From NCBI GenBank assembly GCA_964395625.1, contig CAYNAR010000007.1:2113-66112 (forward strand): a stretch of DNA of 64,000 nucleotides, written 5' to 3'. Under the pieces are notes generated by a model that was given only the letters and a program-made list of their open reading frames with translations, was not told the origin of the DNA and searched no databases. How positions within the stretch are numbered: the stretch's first letter is position 1; each line of letters opens with the position of its first letter. This document shows positions 15,357-23,848 of this stretch, in pieces. This stretch comes from an uncultured Gammaproteobacteria bacterium (GTDB lineage: Bacteria > Patescibacteriota > Patescibacteriia > Patescibacteriales > WJLG01). The position numbers and the translations under genes were made by a program.

Positions 15357-16517
15357 ATGAATATGAACAGCAACACAAAGTTGAATACCAACGAGATAAT
15401 AAAAAGTTTGCTTGGCAAACTTTCTAAAAAGGAGAAGGATATCATCTCTCGTCGTTTTGGTCTTAAAGATTCCGAACGTGAAACTTTGGAGGCCGTGGGC
15501 AAACTTCATAATTTGACCAGAGAGAGAATAAGACAGATTGAGAATTCCACAATCAAAAAGCTTAAGGACCTCAAGGATTTAAAGGAGGCTCTTGTGGAGC
15601 TTAATGTTAAGACCTCTTCCATTATCGCCGAACATGGCGGTTTGGCTGAGCGCGAATATCTCTTTCATCTTTTGAACACTTTTTCTCCTGTCGAATGCAA
15701 GAGCAAGGATTATGATGTCGAGAAGAATCATTATGATTTCTTGTTGTCCAGAGTAATGAACGACGATTTCGAGGAAGTGAAGAATTCCGAGATTTTCAAA
15801 CATTCATATAAGAATAAGGGCGCGACATTGGAACATTTGGAGGACATGGCTAAGGAGTTGATTTCCAGAGTCGAGCAGATGAAGGAAGTCGCCAAGACAG
15901 ACGACGTCATAAATTCTTTGACCTCTTCGGATACCTATAATACTCACAAGGATAAATTGCCGACCGTTTCCGAGTTGGACGTCTCTTCTTTCTGGAAGGA
16001 CGCCCTCTATGAAGAGGATCATGATATCGTTCATAATAATAAGGCTTTATATTCTCTCTTGCAGGCCGTTCGCGACGTCGAACAGAATAAGTTCGGTTTC
16101 TGGGGCTTGTTTCATTGGGAGGAAGTCTCTCCGAAGACTATCAATCATAAGATATATTTGGTCTTGAAGAACGAAGGTAAGCCAATGCATTTCGTCGATA
16201 TCGCCAAACGTATCAATGAAGTTTGTTTTGATCGCAAGATCGCTAACGCGGCCACCGTTCACAACGAGTTGATTTTGGACGCTAAATACGTCTTGGTTGG
16301 ACGCGGTATCTATGGTCTCAAGGAATGGGGTTACAAGGAAGGCGTCGTTCAGGACGTCATCCGCGAGATTTTGAAGGAGAACGGCCCTTTGACCAAGGAC
16401 GAGATCGTTAATAAGGTTTTGGAGAATAGATTAGTCAAGAGAACCACCATTTCTTTAGCTTTGATGAATAAGGATGCCTTTGAGAAGGTCGGTGACAAGT
16501 ATCAGTCTAAGGCTTAA
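15357..16517 (+). CDS. sigma-70 region-4-like HTH protein with C-terminal HARE-HTH-like domain
   Basis: SRRFGLKDSERETLEAVGKLHNLTRERIRQIENSTIKKLK resembles sigma region 4. The C-terminal half (KPMHFVDIAKRINEV...) resembles the HARE-HTH/RpoE-delta type. Confidence 0.6.
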   Translation: MNMNSNTKLNTNEIIKSLLGKLSKKEKDIISRRFGLKDSERETLEAVGKLHNLTRERIRQIENSTIKKLKDLKDLKEALVELNVKTSSIIAEHGGLAEREYLFHLLNTFSPVECKSKDYDVEKNHYDFLLSRVMNDDFEEVKNSEIFKHSYKNKGATLEHLEDMAKELISRVEQMKEVAKTDDVINSLTSSDTYNTHKDKLPTVSELDVSSFWKDALYEEDHDIVHNNKALYSLLQAVRDVEQNKFGFWGLFHWEEVSPKTINHKIYLVLKNEGKPMHFVDIAKRINEVCFDRKIANAATVHNELILDAKYVLVGRGIYGLKEWGYKEGVVQDVIREILKENGPLTKDEIVNKVLENRLVKRTTISLALMNKDAFEKVGDKYQSKA

Positions 16518-16564
16518 AATTTAACGGTTTTCAGAGAAATACCGGAGAAATCCACAAGAAGGAT

Positions 16565-16593
16565 TTGACCTCTTTGAAAACCTTTGCTATAAT
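16565..16593 (+). promoter_or_regulatory. consensus-like promoter TTGACC-17-TATAAT
   Basis: TTGACC at 16565-16570 and TATAAT at 16588-16593. Confidence 0.6.
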
Positions 16594-16599
16594 TATCCA

Positions 16600-16677
16600 C
16601 AGGATGATGTTTAGCTGTCTAACCATTTAAGCATCATTAGGGAAAACGAAGATCGGTCCTTTTTGGGACCGATTTTT
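16600..16677 (+). ncRNA. candidate ~80-nt small RNA or 5' leader (promoter-to-terminator unit without a meaningful ORF)
   Basis: The predicted TSS is near 16600. There is an internal hairpin ATGATG/CATCAT, then the terminator at 16652-16677. Only an 8-codon ORF lies inside. Confidence 0.3.
16652..16677 (+). terminator. rho-independent terminator
   Basis: ATCGGTCC / GGACCGAT 8-bp stem followed by a T-run. Confidence 0.75.
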
Positions 16678-16744
16678 GTTTTACATAAATCATTTTTTGC
16701 GTTATGTTGTAACTACGGATAATATTTTAAAATAGCTATAATAT

Positions 16745-18499
16745 ATGCTTAGTCTTGTGAAGAAAATACCAGTGAAAGCGGTTATTTATGTGGAGGTTGC
16801 GATTTTTTATCTTTTTTTGGCGCTAATCATGACCTGGCCGTTGGTCACGGTCTTCTCTACGCATATTCTTGGTAATCCCGGCGACAGTCCTTTGTATATC
16901 TGGAATCAGTGGTGGTTTAAATACTCCGTACTTGCCGGTCACAATCCCTTGGATTGTTATCTGATAGCTCACCCTTTCGGAGCCGATTTGTCTTCTTCCG
17001 CAACAACTTTTACCAACGCCTTCTTGGCTAATTTATTATTCTTCTTTTTACCGATCGTCGAAGCCTTCAATTCTTTTTTTATCCTTTCTTTGGTTTTGGC
17101 GGCTATGGGGGCGTTTCTTCTGATCGATTATCTTTTTAAGAGTAAATTCGCCGCCCTCATCGGTGGTGCGATGTTCGTTTTTAACTCTTATATTTTTAGC
17201 AAGATCGACCATTATAATTATTCGAGTGTTTATTTGATGCCATTTTTCGTTTTGTTCTTTGTGAAATCTTTTTTAGAAGAGAGGAGAAAACGATACGCCA
17301 TTGCCGCCGCCATCGTGTTGGCGATGTCTTTTTACAATGATTACTACTACACCATCGGTCTCTTTATGGTCTCGGCGTTAATGGCCTCCTATTTTTTCTT
17401 TAAACAAAAAAAACGTCGCTTGGCTAATTTGAAAAATCTGTCCTTGTTTTTTTTCGTTTGGCTCGCGCTTTCTTTACCGCTTCTTCTTTCAGCTGTCAGC
17501 TCGCTTTTTTCCGGAGATTTTCCAATGGCCAACATCGGACAGGTTTCTTTATATTCTCCCGACGTCAGGTCGTTTTTGATACCGCCAGCCGGGCATACCG
17601 TCTTTGGCCAGTATTTTTCGGACTATGGTAAGAGTCTAAGTTATCACGGCAGTGTGGTTTATTCCGGGTTCTTGTTATTGATCATGTCCGTGCTCGGGTA
17701 TTTTTTCGGTAGAAAAAAAGAGGCTCCTGTGTTGCCGATTTTTTGGTTTTTATTCACACTTTTCTTTTTCTTCGTGGTCGTCGGGCCGATATTCTATATG
17801 AAGGACGTCTTTGCTTTTCCGGCTCCGTATCGTCTCCTCGCCGTCTTACCCATAATAAAAGGCATCTTGGTCCCTTGTCGCTTGGTGATTTTCATGATTC
17901 TCGGTCTTATAATTATGTCGTCGTTCTTTTTGGCGGATATCTTCGCCAGAATAAAAATGTCCTTAACCGTCAAAGCCATGATAGCTTTCTGTTTCGTCGG
18001 CGTGTTTTTGTTCGAGAATTTTTCGTTGCCGTTACCCGTCAACGATGTTAGCATTCCCGAGGTTTATCAAAAAATAGCCGGAGATGGTCAGAATGGAGCG
18101 ATTCTGGAGCTCCCTTTCGCCTTAAGCACGAGCTTCTTCACTATCGGCAATGTCCCGTCTTCGGCAGTATTGCAATATTATCAAACAGCCCATCGTAAGA
18201 ATATTTTGGGTGGTTACATATCTCGCGTTCCTGATAAGTATCCGGATTTTTACGGTCGTTTGGGAGGGGTTAACTATCTATTCTTTCCTGAAAGGACTTT
18301 GACGGGAGATGAACTTGAGACCGTCTCTTTGCACGCTTTGAATAATTTAAAGGGATTGGGAGTGGATTATGTGATAGTGCATGCGGAATACTATGATTCC
18401 GTGCGCCTTAAGAATACCTTGAGTTTCTTGACTTTTGCGTTGAAAGTTGAACCGGAGCGGGATGGGCAGACGATTATCTATAAAATATCAAAGGATTGA
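16745..18499 (+). CDS. polytopic membrane protein (possibly a GT-C-type glycosyltransferase; function uncertain)
   Basis: 584 aa with more than 10 hydrophobic segments followed by a soluble C-terminal domain. No diagnostic motif recognised. Confidence 0.55.
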   Translation: MLSLVKKIPVKAVIYVEVAIFYLFLALIMTWPLVTVFSTHILGNPGDSPLYIWNQWWFKYSVLAGHNPLDCYLIAHPFGADLSSSATTFTNAFLANLLFFFLPIVEAFNSFFILSLVLAAMGAFLLIDYLFKSKFAALIGGAMFVFNSYIFSKIDHYNYSSVYLMPFFVLFFVKSFLEERRKRYAIAAAIVLAMSFYNDYYYTIGLFMVSALMASYFFFKQKKRRLANLKNLSLFFFVWLALSLPLLLSAVSSLFSGDFPMANIGQVSLYSPDVRSFLIPPAGHTVFGQYFSDYGKSLSYHGSVVYSGFLLLIMSVLGYFFGRKKEAPVLPIFWFLFTLFFFFVVVGPIFYMKDVFAFPAPYRLLAVLPIIKGILVPCRLVIFMILGLIIMSSFFLADIFARIKMSLTVKAMIAFCFVGVFLFENFSLPLPVNDVSIPEVYQKIAGDGQNGAILELPFALSTSFFTIGNVPSSAVLQYYQTAHRKNILGGYISRVPDKYPDFYGRLGGVNYLFFPERTLTGDELETVSLHALNNLKGLGVDYVIVHAEYYDSVRLKNTLSFLTFALKVEPERDGQTIIYKISKD

Positions 18500-18677
18500 G
18501 TTTGCGGGAGTAATGGGGGTTGATAAAATTTATGTATTTTTAGCATTTTTTTGCTTTTTACCGGATTATTACCTATGATTTGCTTTTTTTAAGGCAAGAT
18601 GTTATATTGTCTCTATTGCCTATTGGTTATATTGGCATAAAAATTAAAAATAAAACGGCGTACTTGCCATTCTTTAT

Positions 18678-19244
18678 ATGGTGAAAAATTTCTTCGTCTA
18701 TGTCTTGGATTTGTTGAAGGTCGTGGTTATTTCTTTGGCTATAATCATTCCGATAAGGTATTTTTTGATTCAGCCTTTCTATGTCAAAGGAGCGTCGATG
18801 GAACCTAATTTCCATGACCACGAATATCTGATAATAGACGAGATAAGTTACAGATTCAATCCGCCGAAGCGCGGAGAGATTGTTGTTTTCCGTTACCCTC
18901 GCGATCCGCAGGAGTATTTCATCAAGAGGATAATCGGTTTGCCGGGCGAGAAAGTGGAATTGAAGGATGGTAAGATAATGATATATAACCAAGATAATCC
19001 TGACGGATTCTTCTTGTTGGAGCCGTATCTGCCGGATGGGACAAAGACCTATGGAGGATTGGGACAAGAGCAAGTCGAGCTTGAGGAGGGTGAGTACTTC
19101 GTGATGGGAGACAATCGTAATTCATCGAAAGATTCCCGTTCGTTCGGACCAGTCGATAGGAGTTTCATCACCGGTCGCGTCGCTTTGCGTGGATGGCCGT
19201 TGAGCAAATTCAGCGTCTTCGACACCCCGGAATATCAAAATTAA
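18678..19244 (+). CDS. lepB: signal peptidase I
   Basis: GASMEPNF (catalytic Ser), RGEIVVF, KRIIGLPGE and GDNRNSSKDSR boxes. Confidence 0.88.
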   Translation: MVKNFFVYVLDLLKVVVISLAIIIPIRYFLIQPFYVKGASMEPNFHDHEYLIIDEISYRFNPPKRGEIVVFRYPRDPQEYFIKRIIGLPGEKVELKDGKIMIYNQDNPDGFFLLEPYLPDGTKTYGGLGQEQVELEEGEYFVMGDNRNSSKDSRSFGPVDRSFITGRVALRGWPLSKFSVFDTPEYQN

Positions 19245-19295
19245 TAATCGTTTAAAATAATCGCCGCCTTCTTTGGCGTCCGTTAATTTAAGCTT

Positions 19296-20699
19296 ATGCC
19301 AAGAAAAAAAATGACCGAAAAAAGACCGGCCGCTCCTCACAGGGAGTTTAGGAAAAAGGAGGAGGAAAAACCGCGCGGTATATCCGAGAAATTCGCTCGT
19401 TTGCGCGGCATGAGAGACGTAGCTTTCGACGAGAGCAAATATTGGGATTTGGTAGTCGGTAAAGCTTCCGAGCTAGCCACTGTCTATGGTTTCAAGAAAA
19501 TCATGGTTCCGATTTTGGAGAATCAGGAATTGTATCGCCGTTCGACCGGTGAGACTTCCGATATCGTCTCCAAAGAGATGTATGCCTTCGTCGACAAGAA
19601 CGGCGACAAGGTGGCTATCAGACCGGAGATTACTCCTGGCTTGGCCAGAGCCTATGTCGAGGGCGGTATGTTCACTTTGCCTCAACCGGTGAAGATGTTT
19701 ACGCATGGCCCGATCTTCAGACACGAGAAACCGCAATCCGGTCGCTATCGTCAGGCCCATCAATTCGATTTCGAGATTTTCGGAGAGGCTAACCCTGTAG
19801 CCGATGTACTTTTGATGATATTGGCTCATAATCTTTTTAACGAATTGCAGATTCCTATCGAATTTCAGATCAACAGCATCGGTTGCAAACAGTGTCGCCC
19901 GGACTATGTCAAGAAATTAGTCGCTTACTATAAAGAGAGGGGTAATCGCTCCAAGCTTTGCTTGGATTGCAAGAAGAGATTGGAGAAGAATCCTTTGCGC
20001 CTCTTGGATTGCAAAGAGCCTTCCTGTGTCGCCTTGAAAGAAGGCGCTCCTCCGATAGTCGATTTTCTGTGCGAGGATTGTAAGAAGCGTTTCACTAGGG
20101 TTTTGGAATATCTGGACGAGATGAACATACCTTATAATTTGAACTTGAGCTTGGTTCGCGGTTTGGACTATTACAATGGTCCGGTGTTCGAAATCTGGGC
20201 TTTGGACGAGAACGAGAAGAACGGACGCAGCGAATTGGCTTTGGGCGGTGGAGGACGCTATGACGGCTTGGTGGAATTCTTGGGCGGACGCCCGACCGCG
20301 GCTTGCGGTTTCGCCATCGGCATCGAGAGGGTCGTCAACAGAATCAAGGCCGTGGGCTTGCCTTTAAGCAAAGAAGATGGTAATATCGTTTTCATCGCCC
20401 AATTGGGAGATGTGGCCAGACGCAAAGCTATGGCTTTATTCGAAGAATTGCGTCGTGCCGGCTTTAACGTCAAACAATCTTTTACTCGCGATAGCTTGAA
20501 AGACCAATTAGAGGAGGCTAACTTACTCGGTGCCAAATTGACGCTGATAATAGGCCAAAAAGAGATGAACGACAAGACTATCATGTTCCGCGACATGGAA
20601 TCCGGAAACCAGGAAGTCGTCGATTATAAGAAGGTCAAACAGGAAGTCGAGAAGAGGGTTGCCGCGATGGAAGAGAAGGTCGTGCAGGAGGCAAAGTAA
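19296..20699 (+). CDS. hisS: histidine--tRNA ligase
   Basis: Contains RGMRD, RYRQAHQFDFEIFG, NPLRLLDCK, RGLDYYNGPVFE and GGGRYDGL. Confidence 0.9.
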   Translation: MPRKKMTEKRPAAPHREFRKKEEEKPRGISEKFARLRGMRDVAFDESKYWDLVVGKASELATVYGFKKIMVPILENQELYRRSTGETSDIVSKEMYAFVDKNGDKVAIRPEITPGLARAYVEGGMFTLPQPVKMFTHGPIFRHEKPQSGRYRQAHQFDFEIFGEANPVADVLLMILAHNLFNELQIPIEFQINSIGCKQCRPDYVKKLVAYYKERGNRSKLCLDCKKRLEKNPLRLLDCKEPSCVALKEGAPPIVDFLCEDCKKRFTRVLEYLDEMNIPYNLNLSLVRGLDYYNGPVFEIWALDENEKNGRSELALGGGGRYDGLVEFLGGRPTAACGFAIGIERVVNRIKAVGLPLSKEDGNIVFIAQLGDVARRKAMALFEELRRAGFNVKQSFTRDSLKDQLEEANLLGAKLTLIIGQKEMNDKTIMFRDMESGNQEVVDYKKVKQEVEKRVAAMEEKVVQEAK

Positions 20700-20770
20700 T
20701 TTAATTAAGTAATAGTATGGGCCGTAAGGCTTGTATATATAGTTTCTACAACTAGAATGGAGGTGTTTTT

Positions 20771-21004
20771 ATGGCAGAATTCAAAAGAAAGAAAGGAGAA
20801 AGTTTTGAAGGTTTCTTGAGACGCTTTAACCGCGGTTTGAAGAACAGCAAAACCCTGTCCGTCGCTAGATCTAAGAGATCCTATGTTCGCGGCAGTAACA
20901 AGATAAGACAGAAGAAATACGCCTTGAAAAGCATCGAGCTTCGCAAAGAAAAAGATTATTTGCGCAAGACCGGCAAAATCAGCGAATCGTCTTCTTCAAG
21001 ATAA
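20771..21004 (+). CDS. rpsU: 30S ribosomal protein S21
   Basis: Basic 77-aa protein with ...ESFEGFLRRFNRGLKNSKTL...LRKEKDYLRKTGK. Confidence 0.85.
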   Translation: MAEFKRKKGESFEGFLRRFNRGLKNSKTLSVARSKRSYVRGSNKIRQKKYALKSIELRKEKDYLRKTGKISESSSSR

Positions 21005-21016
21005 GATAATTAAAGG

Positions 21017-21040
21017 GCACTGCTTTTGGCAGTGTCTTTT
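21017..21040 (+). terminator. terminator after rpsU
   Basis: GCACTGC / GCAGTGT stem followed by CTTTT. Confidence 0.6.
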
Positions 21041-21164
21041 AATTACGTCTTAATTAGATGTAAAAAATTATGATTAAGGCGGCATGACCGCTCATGATTT
21101 TAGCAGTAAGTGAGTATATGAAATTATGTTTGACTCGGGAAAAAACCGAACTTTTTATTTTTAC

Positions 21165-21198
21165 ATAAAAAAAGAGGCATCTTTTTAAAGTGCCTCTT
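21165..21198 (-). terminator. terminator of the minus-strand gene at 21226-21795
   Basis: AAGAGGCA / TGCCTCTT 8-bp stem. The A-run on the plus strand at 21165-21173 is a T-run on the minus strand. Confidence 0.7.
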
Positions 21199-21225
21199 GA
21201 AATGGCGATTTTAACGATCGATTGA

Positions 21226-21795
21226 TTAGCCTCTGCTGATCACTTGGCGGTTTTTTCTGAAATTTTTTTCAAAATTATGCTCTTCATCGAAAGCATGGGC
21301 TACTATCATAATGCTATTGAAGGCATTACTTACCCCGGAAGTTATGCACCACATTTGGCCTTCGACGTCTTTTATGAAGGCGACTATCGTCGATGATTCC
21401 GTGGGCTCGAAGTTTAATAAGTAATATAAAAGTCCATGATTGTTTTCTGCGCAGAAATTGGAAATTTTTGCGTTGATCATTTTTTTATATCCCTCCTCAA
21501 GGATATAAAGCAGTTCGCTCATGTGAATTTCCGCTTTTTCGATTCCGCCAAGCTCTTCGATGATTTTATCATTCGTCGCTGGTCTTAGTAGTTTATTGAA
21601 TCGTATGATTGACCTTGAGCGTTTTGGTTCTTTTATGTCGAAGAATGGCTTTTTTAGATTATTTTTGGTTATAAAAAATTTTTTTTCATCAGACAGTATA
21701 TCTCCGACGACGAACCCTTCCCTGCCCGGAAAGAGAATTTCTCCCGAGTATTCGAGTGTTTTTCTTTCTTTTTTTCCGATCAGTAGATTAAATAT
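21226..21795 (-). CDS. hypothetical protein, probably 190 aa with a non-canonical ATA start (track shows only the 98-aa ATG version)
   Basis: I checked the frame codon by codon; it stays open for 91 codons upstream of the ATG at 21522. A perfect AAGGAGG (21808-21802) lies 6 nt before an in-frame ATA (21795-21793). No ATG, GTG or TTG is available. Confidence 0.5.
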   Translation of the reverse strand: MFNLLIGKKERKTLEYSGEILFPGREGFVVGDILSDEKKFFITKNNLKKPFFDIKEPKRSRSIIRFNKLLRPATNDKIIEELGGIEKAEIHMSELLYILEEGYKKMINAKISNFCAENNHGLLYYLLNFEPTESSTIVAFIKDVEGQMWCITSGVSNAFNSIMIVAHAFDEEHNFEKNFRKNRQVISRG

Positions 21796-21914
21796 TTTGC
21801 GCCTCCTTTGTTTTTGGTTATTCGATTTTATCGAAAGTTAAAAAATGCCTTTGTTAAGGTACGTAAAGTCATTAAAAAAAGTTAGGACGGCAATTTTATT
21901 TTTATCGATTTTTA

Positions 21915-21923
21915 TGCTAAAAT
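21915..21923 (+). promoter_or_regulatory. extended -10 element TGCTAAAAT upstream of the ABC exporter
   Basis: Same TATGCTAAAAT string as at 524-534. Confidence 0.4.
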
Positions 21924-22001
21924 TCTTTGAAGATGTAATAAATACGGCTTTTTATCGTATTATTAGACAGCGTCCGAAGCGGCGCTTTATTTTTATATTA
22001 T

Positions 22002-23765
22002 ATGAAAGGTAGTTTTAGAAAGACTTTAAGCGTTTTTTGGGGCCATATGCGCGGTATGCGTTGGCAGTTTTTTTCTTTGGTTTTCCTGGTGGCGCTTGGT
22101 ACGTTCTTCAATGCTATAATCCCGGTCTATTTAAAAAAGATCGTCGATTCCGTCTCCGTCGTCGATAACAAAGATGAAGCTTATCGCTCGGTGGTATTCT
22201 TTTTGTTCGTCGTCGCCGGGTTGGAACTTTCTCGAATTTTGTCCAGTCGCGGTGCGGGTTTTTGGTACATTCGCTTCCTGTCTCGTCTATTGGCTAGAAT
22301 TTCCAATGGCAGTTTCGAATACCTGCATCGCCATTCCTTCACTTTCTTCGCCAATAATTTTTCCGGCGCTTTAGTAAAGAAGGTGAACTACCTGACTCGC
22401 GCCGCCGAAAGCATCTTTGATAGTTTTGTTTGGGATTTCATTAACATGGTCGTCAATTTGAGTGTCGTGCTTTTTGTGTTGTCTGTGCGCGATTGGCGTC
22501 TTGGTGCTTGTGTGTCTGTTTGGTTGATGGTCTTTTTCGCCATTAGTGCGGCTTTTTCCAATTGGAAGTTTAAGTACGATGTCATAGCCAACGAGGCCAT
22601 ATCTAAGACGACGGGTTTCTTGGCTGACACGATTACGAATTTTTCCAGTTTGAAATTGTTCAATGGGTATAAACGTGAAGTTTCCGGCTTTGCCGATTTG
22701 CAGGAAGACCTTAGGAAGAAGAATGTCTTTACATGGAGCATGAACGAATTTTTTAATATGATAACCGCTTTCCTGATGGTATTTCTAGAAATCGGTTTGT
22801 TATGGATAGCCATTTTTCTGTGGCGTAAAGGCTCGTTCACTCCAGGTGATTTCGTTTTGACCCAATCCTATGTAATCATCATCGTTTGGAATTCTTGGCA
22901 TTTTGGGCATATGTTGCGCGGTTTTTATCGCTCCTTTTCCGACGCCGAAGAGATGGTTGAGGTTCTTAACACGGTTCCTGATATCCGCGATGTTCACAAT
23001 GCTGGTGAATTGAAGGTCGAGAAGGGCGGTATCGAATTTAGGAAAGTCGATTTTTGCTATAATCAGACGCGTAAGATTCTTGAAAGCTTCGATTTATCGG
23101 TCGCGGCAGGAGAGAAAATCGCTTTAATCGGTCCTTCCGGGGCTGGTAAGACCACCGTCATCAAATTATTGTTGCGCAATTTCGATTTAACCGGCGGCGG
23201 TATCTTTATCGATGGGCAGAATATCTCCGCGGTGACTCAAGAGAGTTTGTGGCGAAATATTTCTTTAGTCCCTCAGGACCCGGTGCTATTCCATCGTACT
23301 TTGGCGGATAATATCGCTTATGGTTGCCCTGGCGCTACTAAAGATGATATCGAACGAGCCTCTAGATTGGCGCATTGTCACGAGTTCATCTCTAATTTGC
23401 CGGAAGGATATGACACTTTCGTCGGTGAGCGAGGCATAAAATTGTCGGGAGGCGAGCGTCAGCGTGTGGCCATTGCTCGCGCTATCCTGCGCAATGCCCC
23501 TATTTTGGTTTTGGACGAAGCCACTTCCAGTTTGGATTCGGAATCCGAGGCGTTGATTCAGGACGCGCTGGAGAAGCTTATGAAAGATAAGACGGTCATC
23601 GTCATCGCTCATCGCTTGTCGACGATTAGGGAGATGGATCGAATCGTCTTCATTGATGAGGGTAAGATCAAGGAAGAGGGTAGGCATGAAGATTTAGAAA
23701 AGAAAGAGGGTGGTCTGTATCGTCGTCTTTGGGAGATTCAGGCTTGCGGTTTCGTTAGTGAATAG
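22002..23765 (+). CDS. ABC transporter, fused permease/ATPase (type I exporter, MsbA-like)
   Basis: Six-TM N-terminal half. Walker A GPSGAGKTT, signature LSGGERQR, Walker B ILVLDEATS. Confidence 0.9.
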   Translation: MKGSFRKTLSVFWGHMRGMRWQFFSLVFLVALGTFFNAIIPVYLKKIVDSVSVVDNKDEAYRSVVFFLFVVAGLELSRILSSRGAGFWYIRFLSRLLARISNGSFEYLHRHSFTFFANNFSGALVKKVNYLTRAAESIFDSFVWDFINMVVNLSVVLFVLSVRDWRLGACVSVWLMVFFAISAAFSNWKFKYDVIANEAISKTTGFLADTITNFSSLKLFNGYKREVSGFADLQEDLRKKNVFTWSMNEFFNMITAFLMVFLEIGLLWIAIFLWRKGSFTPGDFVLTQSYVIIIVWNSWHFGHMLRGFYRSFSDAEEMVEVLNTVPDIRDVHNAGELKVEKGGIEFRKVDFCYNQTRKILESFDLSVAAGEKIALIGPSGAGKTTVIKLLLRNFDLTGGGIFIDGQNISAVTQESLWRNISLVPQDPVLFHRTLADNIAYGCPGATKDDIERASRLAHCHEFISNLPEGYDTFVGERGIKLSGGERQRVAIARAILRNAPILVLDEATSSLDSESEALIQDALEKLMKDKTVIVIAHRLSTIREMDRIVFIDEGKIKEEGRHEDLEKKEGGLYRRLWEIQACGFVSE

Positions 23766-23810
23766 GATTTTTTCTTATATTTACGACTCTGTTTTGTTTG
23801 GTGCGATTGG

Positions 23811-23819
23811 TGCTATAAT
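23811..23819 (+). promoter_or_regulatory. extended -10 element TGCTATAAT
   Basis: Lies 30 nt upstream of the ATG at 23849. Confidence 0.4.
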
Positions 23820-23848
23820 ATTAGCATAAACAAAATATTAAAATACCT

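Noticed and set aside
16593-16601. Perfect DnaA box TTATCCACA, plus weaker boxes at 16550, 31848, 31903 and 46434, as a possible oriC
   Set aside because: The boxes are isolated and widely separated. There is no cluster, no adjacent AT-rich unwinding element and no dnaA/dnaN nearby.
21560-21841. 93-aa plus-strand ORF
   Set aside because: It is antisense to a better-supported minus-strand frame that has a perfect SD and protein-like sequence. Its own translation is Phe/Ser/Leu-rich low complexity.
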